A program made the translations under genes and the position numbers. This document shows, piece after piece, positions 39,320 through 48,460 of a stretch of DNA of 64,000 nucleotides. Numbering within the stretch: position 1 is the stretch's first letter; each line of letters begins with the position of its first letter. This DNA is from a virus: IMG/VR virus record IMGVR_UViG_3300045684_000013, positions 2,407 through 66,406 of that record; one strand, written 5' to 3'. The notes beneath the pieces are model-generated. The model saw only the letters and a program-made list of their open reading frames with translations. It had not been told where the DNA came from and ran no database searches.

Positions 39320-41434
39320 ATGAATGTATCTTTTTTCAACAATTCAATCAGGAACAGTCAAGTCACTGCACAGGTGCCATTGAAGCGGATTTTGGATGGA
39401 ATCAAAGAAGGGCAATGGAAAGCACACGTTGAAGCAGTCAGGCAGGCCAGAACTGAACACGGCAAGAATTCAGCCCAATTCAAGCAAGCAAAAGAAAATT
39501 CACCCAATTTCACCACGTCTGGAACATTTGACAGGGTAAGAAGAAAAGACACCCTTTTGAATCATTCAGGATTTATTGACATTGACATTGATGGCATTGA
39601 TGCCAGCCAGCTTGATGACCTGAAAGCAAAAATAATTACTTTTCCGTTTGTGGCAGCTGTTTACACATCCATCAGTGGTCATGGGCTGTGTGCTGTGTGT
39701 TGCGTGCAGCCAAATGCAGAACTTCATGAAACATTTTGCAACACATTGATTGCATATTTCATTGGCAAGGGTGTCAATGGTGTTGATTATTTGAAAGACT
39801 GGTCAAGGGCGCGTTTTATCAGCTTTGACCCTGACTTGATTTTTGCTGAAAATTACAGGCAGTTGCAGCCAGATGACTTGTCAATTGTGGCACCAGAAAT
39901 TGACAAAATGCCAGTCAAGGGCAATGGTGACAGGGTGGAATATTACACAGCAGATGAATGCATTGACCATGCATGGCAGTCAGTTGGCAAAAAAAAGACA
40001 TGGGAGAAAGGTCACCATTTTGAATATGCTGTTGACTTTATTTTGTACTGCAATGACATGGGTGTGCCAGAAAGTGACGTGCTTTCTCATTTCAAATCAA
40101 TTGCACCTGATTATGAAGACGGGCCAAAACTGGTTAAAAGTTATTACAGAAACGCTTCATCAAAGCATGGCAGCAGAAGGCCAGTGAAGAATGAATACAA
40201 GGGCAATGGTTTCCTGTTCAGTGGGCAGGGTGGTCACACGTCTTTCATCCCCAAAATGTATGATGGCCATGTTGTGGAGGACTTAAAACAATATGATCCT
40301 GTTTTAGATAAACACAGGATCACGCAGGGCACGCGAATCAGGCCTTTTCCAAGGCTTGTGCAGTATGGCAGTGGTGTTGTTGCGCGTGCTGGTGACCATG
40401 TTGTAGTAAGCGCACAATCAAAGGCGGGAAAAGGCTATCTATTCAGGAAGCTTATGGCTGGCTTGCTTATGCCATACACTGTCAACAATGGCCAGCCAAT
40501 TGAACACCTTTTTGGCTTCACTTTTGGCATCAATCCAAACAATTATGCAATTATTGCTGCTGATACTGAACAAAGTGATGATGATGTGCAGGACGTTTTG
40601 GATGAAGTGATTGAAGACAGTGGCAGGACATCTGAACCTGATTTTTTTTACATGCTGGCTATAAAAGAAATCCCAAAAAAGGAAAGGGCAGCCATGATTG
40701 TCAGGGCTGTTCAGCGTGCTGTTGAAAAGCATGGTGGTGTGCATGCACTTTTCATTGATGGCACGGCTGACCTCATTCCTGATGTCAATGATGCAGAAAA
40801 GGTTTCTGAATTATATGATTTACTTTCTGGCATTGCTGGCAGGTATAATTTCCCAATTTTCCATGTCATTCACATGAATCCATCAGCATACGGCAAAGAA
40901 CGTGGTCACCTTGGTTCAGAAATGCGCAGAAAATGCGCCACATTGATACGGCTGGAATATGATGAAGAAAACAGGTGTAGTTGGGTTGTTTTCAAGCTTA
41001 TGCGAAAGGCAGAACGGGGCATGCAGTTTCTAATTCGTTGGGACATAGAGAAGGGCACATTTGTCAGGGATGATCAGAAAATGCAGCAAATCATGTTAGA
41101 AAAGGGTAAATTTTCTTATTTGCCAAGACCAGATGACAGTGGAAAATTCATAGATTTGTACAGGCAGGCACTTAACAGAGTTTTTTTACAGAAGCCATCT
41201 GCTTCAATTGATGAAATTTCAGCAGCCATTCTTGAAGACTTGCAAAAAAGCACATGGATTTCTGGAAGCATTTCTGAAAGGGAAAAAAGGGAACATCTGA
41301 CCAGAATAAGAACAATGAACCTGATTGAGCCAGACAAAGAAAATGATGAAAATTTTGTTTCTGGTTTGCTACTGAATGATGACAGGCAGGATGCAGATGG
41401 TGCAAAATATGTCTGGAATAAACCAACACCATAA
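39320..41434 (+). CDS. primase-helicase (VirE-N/BT4734-like + AAA_25)
   Basis: FTTSGTF, HSGFIDIDID, SISGHGL; AQSKAGK, DTEQS, IDGTADL, VIHMN, RGHLGSE. Confidence 0.88.
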   Translation: MNVSFFNNSIRNSQVTAQVPLKRILDGIKEGQWKAHVEAVRQARTEHGKNSAQFKQAKENSPNFTTSGTFDRVRRKDTLLNHSGFIDIDIDGIDASQLDDLKAKIITFPFVAAVYTSISGHGLCAVCCVQPNAELHETFCNTLIAYFIGKGVNGVDYLKDWSRARFISFDPDLIFAENYRQLQPDDLSIVAPEIDKMPVKGNGDRVEYYTADECIDHAWQSVGKKKTWEKGHHFEYAVDFILYCNDMGVPESDVLSHFKSIAPDYEDGPKLVKSYYRNASSKHGSRRPVKNEYKGNGFLFSGQGGHTSFIPKMYDGHVVEDLKQYDPVLDKHRITQGTRIRPFPRLVQYGSGVVARAGDHVVVSAQSKAGKGYLFRKLMAGLLMPYTVNNGQPIEHLFGFTFGINPNNYAIIAADTEQSDDDVQDVLDEVIEDSGRTSEPDFFYMLAIKEIPKKERAAMIVRAVQRAVEKHGGVHALFIDGTADLIPDVNDAEKVSELYDLLSGIAGRYNFPIFHVIHMNPSAYGKERGHLGSEMRRKCATLIRLEYDEENRCSWVVFKLMRKAERGMQFLIRWDIEKGTFVRDDQKMQQIMLEKGKFSYLPRPDDSGKFIDLYRQALNRVFLQKPSASIDEISAAILEDLQKSTWISGSISEREKREHLTRIRTMNLIEPDKENDENFVSGLLLNDDRQDADGAKYVWNKPTP

Positions 41435-41495
41435 AAAAACCGTATATTTACTGAAATCATTTTTTTCAATATCCAACATCAAATAAAAAAACAGA

Positions 41496-42086
41496 ATGAA
41501 TTGGAATCAGAACCAGCAGCCACCAGCTGCACAGCCACCAGCTGCACAGTCACCACAGGGCCAATGGAACCAGCCACCAGCACCCGTACAGCCACCACAG
41601 GGCCAATGGAACCAGCCACCAGCTGCACAGTCACCACAGGGCCAATGGAACCAGCCACCAGCACCCGTACAGCCACCACAGGGCCAATGGACCGGAAACC
41701 AGCAGGCCAACAACAGTGGCGGCGGTTATGATGGCCAAAATAAAAAAACGCATATCGGCAAGGGAAAGCCAGCCAATAGCCAATGGGTTTTGGCAAACCT
41801 GTTTTTCAACATTGCCCAAATTCCTTTGCAATGGATCAGGATGAAGAACAGCACAAACAATCCAAATGTTGAGGCTGCCTTTCAGGCATTCATGCAGGCA
41901 CTTCAAAACCTTCAGCAGGTGATCAGTCAGCAAGGTGGTCAATGGGATGGCCCACAGGTCAGGGTGTCAGTGAAGAACATGCGCCAAGCTGACAGGGCTG
42001 GCAACACATTGACCATGTATATCAATGAATTCATTCCACAGCCACAGGGTCAACGCAATCAGGCACAGGGCCAGTGGAACCAGTAG
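41496..42086 (+). CDS. putative ssDNA-binding protein with Q/P/W low-complexity repeats
   Basis: THIGKGK...VSVKNMRQADRAGNTLTMYINEF core; replication context. Confidence 0.45.
   Translation: MNWNQNQQPPAAQPPAAQSPQGQWNQPPAPVQPPQGQWNQPPAAQSPQGQWNQPPAPVQPPQGQWTGNQQANNSGGGYDGQNKKTHIGKGKPANSQWVLANLFFNIAQIPLQWIRMKNSTNNPNVEAAFQAFMQALQNLQQVISQQGGQWDGPQVRVSVKNMRQADRAGNTLTMYINEFIPQPQGQRNQAQGQWNQ
41517..41691 (+). repeat. 81-bp tandem repeat x2 with nested sub-repeats
   Basis: QPPAAQSPQGQWNQPPAPVQPPQGQW repeated. Confidence 0.92.
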
Positions 42087-42087
42087 T

Positions 42088-42127
42088 AAAGCTTGGCATC
42101 TGGCATGCATGCCAGATGCCAAGCTTT
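42088..42127. repeat. perfect 40-bp palindrome / terminator
   Basis: AAAGCTTGGCATCTGGCATG|CATGCCAGATGCCAAGCTTT, then a T-run. Confidence 0.9.
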
Positions 42128-42138
42128 TTTAAAAGAAT

Positions 42139-42639
42139 ATGAGCAAAAAAGAAAAAGACATTGATGGCACTGCTGATGGAATGGAAACAGCAATGAAGGG
42201 CTTCCAGATGATGGCCAGCCATGAAGCAGAATTTGAAGCAGTCAGGCATGCCATTTCTGAGGAAGTTGCAGCAGTGGCAAAAATTTGCAAGCCAGATTTA
42301 AATGCTGAAGGGCAGGATGAATTTGTTGAAGATTTTTGGAAGGTCTTGAAAGCTTTTATTGAATCCAAGTCAAGTGAAAGTGAAAGTGTTCAGGAAGCTG
42401 CAAAAAAGGAACTTCAGCACATGTTTAAAAATGTCATCAGAATTGAACCATTTGCACAAACTGTCATGACTGTTTATTCACGTGTCAGGCAAAACAGTAT
42501 GCAGATGGCTAGGGTGTTTGAGATGGCAAGACAGGGTGAAGCCGGGAATGTGCCAATTGAAACTGATGCAGAAAAGAATGCTGTTGACATTTGGGCTGGT
42601 GACGGTATTGATCCAAGGGAAGAAAAAAAGGAATCATGA
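42139..42639 (+). CDS. hypothetical protein
   Basis: 166 aa ORF. Confidence 0.6.
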   Translation: MSKKEKDIDGTADGMETAMKGFQMMASHEAEFEAVRHAISEEVAAVAKICKPDLNAEGQDEFVEDFWKVLKAFIESKSSESESVQEAAKKELQHMFKNVIRIEPFAQTVMTVYSRVRQNSMQMARVFEMARQGEAGNVPIETDAEKNAVDIWAGDGIDPREEKKES

Positions 42640-42890
42640 CAAAGGCGGAATATCAAAAACTAACAAACAGAAAGATCAGAACAGGCATAGTGCTTGGTAC
42701 TGAAAAATTCTTTGTGAAAGCATTGAATCAACTGTCAAATGATTGTGCAACTGTGCCAGCTGGCACAGTTCTGCAATTAACCGGAAAGGGAAAAGGCCTG
42801 ACAGCTGAAGGGCAGGAATGCAAGAACTGTGGCACGCGGCAAATTTTTACAGGCCTGATGGCTGAACATATTGAATTGATCAGTCAGTAA
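42636..42890 (+). CDS. small Zn-ribbon protein
   Basis: CKNCG; ATGA coupling. Confidence 0.55.
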   Translation: MTKAEYQKLTNRKIRTGIVLGTEKFFVKALNQLSNDCATVPAGTVLQLTGKGKGLTAEGQECKNCGTRQIFTGLMAEHIELISQ

Positions 42891-42927
42891 ATTGAATTTT
42901 TCGTAAAATTTCAACTAAATTGTGAAC

Positions 42928-43641
42928 ATGGCATCATTTATTATTGCAACCTTGTTTTATCTGGCACTTGCTGCACTTGGCAAATCTGTTTCAGATGTTA
43001 TTTCATTCAGGTACAGTTCATCAATATTTTCAAATCTGCCTGAACGATGGCAAAAGTGGACAAATCCAGAAATAAGCTGGAAAAACAAACACACTGGCTT
43101 CATTGTTACGGATTGGATTTTTTCAACAGTCTTGGTGGCAGTCACTGACCTGTGGCATTTTTCGCAAATGCTTTACGCTTTCGGATTGATCATGGCTGGC
43201 TGGTTTGGCAATGGGCTTGCAGATCACTTTGAATGGAGTTTGCAGGCAAAATTCTTGCTATTTATTGCAATGTATGCATATAAAGGTGCAATTCATGAAG
43301 CCACCTTTGGCAGCCTTTTTCTGAAGAAAGACAAGTCAAAATCTGGCAGAAGGGTTTCAGGTGAAGCCCTGAAGCCAATTGGCAGTAATTTTTCAAACTG
43401 GATTGGCCTTGGTAATACAATTTTAAAATCAATCGGGTCCATGTCTGCAATTTTTATTGTCTTTCTTGGTCAGCTATGGGTGTTCAGGCTGATTGACGGA
43501 AGGTATGAAAGCATTCACCAAATACCAGACAGGCTGCAATGGCCGGAAATGACAATTGTGATTGAATTCTTTATTTTATTTCTGGCTGCCTTAATTGGGT
43601 GGATTATCAGTATCAGGGTGGAAAACAAAGCAAAGCATTGA
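42928..43641 (+). CDS. multi-pass membrane protein
   Basis: Several hydrophobic segments; SWKNK and TDLWHF motifs. Confidence 0.65.
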   Translation: MASFIIATLFYLALAALGKSVSDVISFRYSSSIFSNLPERWQKWTNPEISWKNKHTGFIVTDWIFSTVLVAVTDLWHFSQMLYAFGLIMAGWFGNGLADHFEWSLQAKFLLFIAMYAYKGAIHEATFGSLFLKKDKSKSGRRVSGEALKPIGSNFSNWIGLGNTILKSIGSMSAIFIVFLGQLWVFRLIDGRYESIHQIPDRLQWPEMTIVIEFFILFLAALIGWIISIRVENKAKH

Positions 43642-44198
43642 TGACCGATTCAGCAGAATGGAAAAAAGCAATTGATGGCCTGTTGAAAAGTGGACGCGCA
43701 AAGATTTCATCTGTGCAGCCAGCTGGCAAAAAAAAGCCATCAGCAGTTAAGCACAAATATGGTGCAAAGCCAATCAGTGCAGATGACGTAAGAAATCCAC
43801 ATGATATAAATTTTCCATCAACAGTTGAATTCAAAATGTATGACAGCCTGAAAAGGCATGGCATTGATTTTGAATATCAGAAAGGGTTTGAAATACTACC
43901 TGCCATTGATGTGGCTGGAAAACATTACAAGCCACTGAACGCAAAGATTGACTTTTGGCTGCCAGCTGCATCAATATTGATGGATACCAAAGGGAAGGTC
44001 ACAGAAGCCTTCAGGTACAGGGCACGGCTGGTCATGCAACATCTTTATGATGTAAGGACAGACCTTGGCAAGACTGAACCACTGCCACCAATATTGTTGG
44101 TCAAATCTGGTCAGGTGGAATCATTTATTCAACTTTTGAAATTATATGGTCACCATTCAATGTGGCCTGAAAATATCTTGAAACGCTTTCAAATGTAA
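43641..44198 (+). CDS. DUF1064-like endonuclease
   Basis: HKYGAK...FPSTVE...YQKGFEI...IDF...DTKG. Confidence 0.7.
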   Translation: MTDSAEWKKAIDGLLKSGRAKISSVQPAGKKKPSAVKHKYGAKPISADDVRNPHDINFPSTVEFKMYDSLKRHGIDFEYQKGFEILPAIDVAGKHYKPLNAKIDFWLPAASILMDTKGKVTEAFRYRARLVMQHLYDVRTDLGKTEPLPPILLVKSGQVESFIQLLKLYGHHSMWPENILKRFQM

Positions 44199-44205
44199 AG
44201 AAATC

Positions 44206-44811
44206 ATGACATCAAGTTTTCCACTGATACAAGAAAAAGAATTCAAAGGCCGTGTCACATCCAATGGCCTTTTTGGAACCAGCCTGAATGCACCAGTTGC
44301 AGCAATTTTTCATGGTGAAAGAATGTCACTTGCCATTGAAGTCATTTTTGTGCCAGCTGGCTGGCTGGCAAAATACAATCTTTCAATTTTCAATGATGGC
44401 AGCAGGCCATCAACCAGTTCTGAGCCATTTTTTTTGATCGCAGACAGCAAGCCAAGCAAAGATGAATCAATGATTGATGCTGCAAAGCGTGCATTGGATT
44501 TTGTTGCTGCTTCATCAAGGCCAGATGCAAATGAAGTTCGTGATGAAATCGGTGAAGCCATCGGCATCATTCTGAAGCCAATGGTGAAGCCAATGGTGAA
44601 GGCTGGTGATGATGAATCATTTGAAGACTTCCTGAAGGCATCTGCAAGCATTCCAGATGATTCAGGAGCCAATCAGGAGAAAAAAAACAAAATGGATGTC
44701 ACCAGTGCATCAACCGTTGGCACACCAGCACTGACCTTTGAGCCAGAAACAAAGCCGGAAAAGAAAACAATCAGGCAGTCAGGCAGGAAGAAGGGCAGCG
44801 AAAAAAAATAG
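44206..44811 (+). CDS. hypothetical protein
   Basis: 201 aa ORF with a basic tail. Confidence 0.6.
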   Translation: MTSSFPLIQEKEFKGRVTSNGLFGTSLNAPVAAIFHGERMSLAIEVIFVPAGWLAKYNLSIFNDGSRPSTSSEPFFLIADSKPSKDESMIDAAKRALDFVAASSRPDANEVRDEIGEAIGIILKPMVKPMVKAGDDESFEDFLKASASIPDDSGANQEKKNKMDVTSASTVGTPALTFEPETKPEKKTIRQSGRKKGSEKK

Positions 44812-44822
44812 ATGATCCTTTT

Positions 44823-44971
44823 TTGATGTGATGTTGTTGGCCACAGGGTGATGCCTGTGGCCTTTTTCATTTTTTTGCATTTATTTTCAAATATGCTTGC
44901 AAGTATGAAACCTTTTTTGCATCTTTGAAGTGTTGGGCAATGAAGCTTGACGCAACAACATCAACATCATG
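44823..44971 (+). promoter_or_regulatory. dispersed cassette, copy 4
   Basis: GGCCACAGG-GTGATG-CCTGTGGCC terminator, core, ATG 44969. Confidence 0.92.
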
Positions 44972-46186
44972 AAATCTTTTAGCCAAACATCAGAAATCAC
45001 TAAGCAGTATTATATCAGCACAGGCATGAAACATTGCTTTTATACGCTGTGGTACTGGATGGTCACACCAGTAAAATCAAGCGAAGTGTATATCAAAAAC
45101 ATTTCGCTTGACCGTGAAAGCACGCTTGAATGGATTATTGAAACATTTGAAGACATCAGCAATAGAGAAGAAGCAGAAGCCATGATTGACATGGATGCAC
45201 CATGCAAGCCAGCTGACAGAATGTACACAATTGAAGGGCATGAAGCCATCTGGTTTGGCAAGCACAAGGGCACAGCTATTGTTGATTTTCCTGAAGATGA
45301 AACCACATACCTTTGCTGGCTGGTCAATGAAGCTGCCAAAGGTGGATATTGGAAGACATTGTCACCTGAAAAAGAATATATAAATTTTCGTGGCCAGCGA
45401 ATCACAGAAGAATATTGCGACATAGCTGACAAGCCATGGAAGAAAAAAATTGTCAGGGCTGCTGAACTGGAAGCCATCAGACGTGGTGCGGTTTATGTTT
45501 CTGGCAATCCTTGGAAGTTGGAAGATGAAAGCACTGTTTTGCTTTATGGCAGCCAGCTTGAAAAGCACATTGAAAAGGTGAACAAAGCACGTGAAATCAG
45601 AATGACCAGCAAGCATGTTGGTACAGTTGGTGAATCAGCTGACCTTGTTCTAACTGTCAACAATATCATCACAGGTGAAGGTGAATTTGGCACATGGAAC
45701 CTGTATGTGATGCAGGATGGCATTGGTAATGTATTCACCAAATTTGGCACCATTGGGTGGAAATTTGTTACCAATTGGGCTGAAAATGACTGGTCATTTG
45801 AAGTGAAAAAAGGCCACGTGCTAAAGCTGAATGCAGACATCAAAAATCATGACATTCGTGAAGGTGTGGCACAGACGCAAATTGGCAGAGTCAGGAAGCA
45901 AAAAGCTGACAAATCTTTTGCAGCACGTGCCAAGGCACATGATGCAGCATTTGAGGCATCAAAAAATGACAGGAAGATTGCAGCTATTGTTGAAAAAATA
46001 AAGGGCACCGGCATCAGCCATGATGAATTGGCTGTTGTGCTTGATGCTGCTGGCAATCCTGAAAAAGTGTATAAATTGGATGCAGTTGAAAAGGCCAATG
46101 AAAACAGGCTTGCTTTTCCTAGGTCAAACAGCCAGCCAATCAACTTTTTACTTGCCAGCAAATGGCTGAAGATAATTGGCAAATGA
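44969..46186 (+). CDS. hypothetical protein with FGKHKG motif and OB-fold-like region
   Basis: IWFGKHKG...YLCWL; SKHVGTVGE...GEFG. Confidence 0.7.
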   Translation: MKSFSQTSEITKQYYISTGMKHCFYTLWYWMVTPVKSSEVYIKNISLDRESTLEWIIETFEDISNREEAEAMIDMDAPCKPADRMYTIEGHEAIWFGKHKGTAIVDFPEDETTYLCWLVNEAAKGGYWKTLSPEKEYINFRGQRITEEYCDIADKPWKKKIVRAAELEAIRRGAVYVSGNPWKLEDESTVLLYGSQLEKHIEKVNKAREIRMTSKHVGTVGESADLVLTVNNIITGEGEFGTWNLYVMQDGIGNVFTKFGTIGWKFVTNWAENDWSFEVKKGHVLKLNADIKNHDIREGVAQTQIGRVRKQKADKSFAARAKAHDAAFEASKNDRKIAAIVEKIKGTGISHDELAVVLDAAGNPEKVYKLDAVEKANENRLAFPRSNSQPINFLLASKWLKIIGK

Positions 46187-46689
46187 TTAATAACAGGGCA
46201 GGCCAGCATTCATCTGGCCTGCCACAACATCAGATAAGAATGGTATCTCAAAAGACGATCACACAAGTCACATTTAATGCCACAAAAGGTGAATTCAGGG
46301 CCACTGATTTTGCTGGAAGGCAAACAGAAAAGCTTTTCATTTTCCACAGAAAAAGATTGCGTTTGTCAGCTGTTGGCCAAATTGAAAGGTTTGGCAAACA
46401 AGGTTTTCTTTGGCAGTCTTTTTGCTGGCCCGAACAAATCGAAACTGTCAGGGCAGGAATGATTGAACTTGCAGCCGCAAACCTTGCCAGCCAAATGCTC
46501 ACTGTTCACAGGCTTTCAGAAGGCCTAAAGAAGCACGCTGTTGACACTTCAGGTGATTTGGTGTCTGACATCATGTTTGCCATTAAGGATTGCGGAGAAT
46601 GCAAGCATGAAGGTGTCAGCTGGAATGATGGTGAATTGTCAGAATTGGTGGCAGACGTGATTGCAGGCAATGTGAAAAAATATCAATAA
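46183..46689 (+). CDS. hypothetical protein
   Basis: ATGA coupling. Confidence 0.55.
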   Translation: MINNRAGQHSSGLPQHQIRMVSQKTITQVTFNATKGEFRATDFAGRQTEKLFIFHRKRLRLSAVGQIERFGKQGFLWQSFCWPEQIETVRAGMIELAAANLASQMLTVHRLSEGLKKHAVDTSGDLVSDIMFAIKDCGECKHEGVSWNDGELSELVADVIAGNVKKYQ

Positions 46690-46696
46690 TATATTT

Positions 46697-46844
46697 TTGA
46701 TGTATGTTGTTGGCCACAGGGTGATGCCTGTGGCCTTTTTCATTTTTTTGCATTTATTTTCAAATATGCTTGCAAGTGTGAAACCTTTTTTGCATCTTTG
46801 AAGTGTTGGGCAATGAAGCTTGACACAACAACATCAACATCATG
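46697..46844 (+). promoter_or_regulatory. dispersed cassette, copy 5
   Basis: Near-identical to copy 4 over about 140 bp. Confidence 0.92.
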
Positions 46845-47141
46845 ACAAAATCAGAATTCAAAGCACTGCAAAAAGACATCAATATCAGCCTGGATGGAAA
46901 GAAAAACATCCAGCCATACAGGAAGGCAAAAACCAGAATTGAAGAAGCGCAGCAGACACACAATGCGCTGAAAATGCAGTATATCAAAGAAGGCAAATTC
47001 ATCAACAGGCTGAATGCCATGCATGATACAGAATATGACTTGGAAAGCCTTTGGCACCATGTTGACAGCAGGGAAGGGCAAAGAAGCTTCACAGGTGCAG
47101 ACTACAACACCCTTGCACTGATGATGCTGAACATTGACTAA
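46842..47141 (+). CDS. hypothetical protein, first gene of copy 5
   Basis: ATG at the cassette end. Confidence 0.7.
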   Translation: MTKSEFKALQKDINISLDGKKNIQPYRKAKTRIEEAQQTHNALKMQYIKEGKFINRLNAMHDTEYDLESLWHHVDSREGQRSFTGADYNTLALMMLNID

Positions 47142-47147
47142 CCATTG

Positions 47148-47203
47148 ACACACAGCAGGCTGCCTTCAGGCGGCCTGCATTCCTCCACAACATCAACATC
47201 AAT
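47148..47203 (+). repeat. 56-bp intergenic hairpin-leader spacer, copy B
   Basis: ACACACAGCAGGCTGCCTTCAGGCGGCCTGCATTCCTCCACAACATCAACATCAAT. Confidence 0.9.
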
Positions 47204-47206
47204 CAA

Positions 47207-47701
47207 ATGAAAGTCAGAATTCAGAAAAGAAACGGGAAGAAGGCCCAAAAGCAGGTGAAGCAAATCTGCATCAACACAGTCATCAATGGCAACCAGTATT
47301 TCAAGGCCACATCAGCCAACCTGACACTTTTGCTGGCCATGGCAGATGCCATTGCAGGTGAATGGCTTCAGCTGCAAATTGATGGCACACTGACAGCCAG
47401 TGGCAAAAAGATTGGCACCACTGTCATTGAAGTCATGGTTGATGGTGTGTGGCATGATGTCAGCCCTGTGCAGCTTGAATTGCATGCACTGGTGGCCAGC
47501 AAGCTGGCCAGCCTGTCTGACACCATCATTGAAGGATTTGTGCAGTCAGGGCCAATTGCAGGCTTCACAATGCCTTCAATGTCTGGTCATGTGCTTGGCC
47601 TTGAATCAGTAAGCTGGTTTGATAGGCAATACAACACCACAGAACACAAGAATTTGATGGAAGCCAATATGCACCTGAATGAAATGTTGGTGCCAGATTA
47701 A
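47207..47701 (+). CDS. hypothetical protein
   Basis: Follows spacer B. Confidence 0.65.
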   Translation: MKVRIQKRNGKKAQKQVKQICINTVINGNQYFKATSANLTLLLAMADAIAGEWLQLQIDGTLTASGKKIGTTVIEVMVDGVWHDVSPVQLELHALVASKLASLSDTIIEGFVQSGPIAGFTMPSMSGHVLGLESVSWFDRQYNTTEHKNLMEANMHLNEMLVPD

Positions 47702-47739
47702 TCAGTCATTTTTTGCAAAAACGCAAAACATTCAAGATC

Positions 47740-48048
47740 ATGACATTTGAAGAATACCAGAAAGAAGAAGAAGCAATTGAGGCTGAAGCATTAAGAGCAA
47801 AAAGAAAGCTGCTTCATTCGTTTGCCATCAAAAACCAGAAGTATAAAGTGGGTGACATACTGATGTGGAAAATGGCAAACATTGTCATCAGGGTAGAAAA
47901 AGTGACGTTTGGTGCTTGGAGGCTAAGGAATGGCATACCTTCAACAGCTTTTTACCATGGTACGCGATTAAGGAAAGACCTGAAAACATACACAAAGAAG
48001 ACAGTAGGCCATATTGCACAGCCAAACGTGTCAGCAAAGTTGAACTAA
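47740..48048 (+). CDS. hypothetical protein
   Basis: Start MTFEEYQ. Confidence 0.6.
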   Translation: MTFEEYQKEEEAIEAEALRAKRKLLHSFAIKNQKYKVGDILMWKMANIVIRVEKVTFGAWRLRNGIPSTAFYHGTRLRKDLKTYTKKTVGHIAQPNVSAKLN

Positions 48049-48056
48049 AATATATC

Positions 48057-48206
48057 TTGATGTATGTTGTTGGCCACAGGGTGATGCCTGTGGCCTTTTT
48101 CATTTTTTTTTTGCATTTATTTTCAAATATGTTTGCAAGTCTGAAACCTTTTTTGCATCTTTGAAGTGTTGGGCAACGATGCCTGACAAACAACATCATC
48201 AAAATG
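48057..48206 (+). promoter_or_regulatory. dispersed cassette, copy 6
   Basis: Same terminator and core; leader variant GGGCAACGATGCCTGACA. Confidence 0.92.
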
Positions 48207-48407
48207 GAATCCATCAGCAATAAAAAACTTGAAGTAGGAATGATTGTCAATACTTTTGACCTGCATGCAGGTGCCTACGTCAACACCACAATCACAAAGA
48301 TTGGATCACAGCGGAAAAGAAATGGTATCTGGTGCGTTGAAATATTTTTTCATGAAATCGGTCAATCAGCTTGGCTGATGACATCAGGAAAGACAATGGC
48401 GCTATAA
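48204..48407 (+). CDS. hypothetical protein, sole gene of copy 6
   Basis: ATG at the cassette end; followed by a terminator. Confidence 0.65.
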   Translation: MESISNKKLEVGMIVNTFDLHAGAYVNTTITKIGSQRKRNGIWCVEIFFHEIGQSAWLMTSGKTMAL

Positions 48408-48430
48408 CAGCCCACCAGAAGACCCCAGGA

Positions 48431-48460
48431 AGCCACTGATTGAACATCAGTGGCTTTTTT
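48431..48460 (+). terminator. intrinsic terminator
   Basis: AGCCACTGAT-TGAAC-ATCAGTGGCT-TTTTT. Confidence 0.75.

Noticed and set aside
44673-44870. Antisense ORFs starting MKKATGITLWPTT, and ORFs containing QHFKDAKK or LPNTSKMQK
   Set aside because: They are translations of the repeated cassette, not independent genes.
44823-48206. Repeats 4-6 as a CRISPR array
   Set aside because: Repeats are about 140 bp and separated by 1.2-1.7 kb of genes; no cas genes and no uniform spacers.
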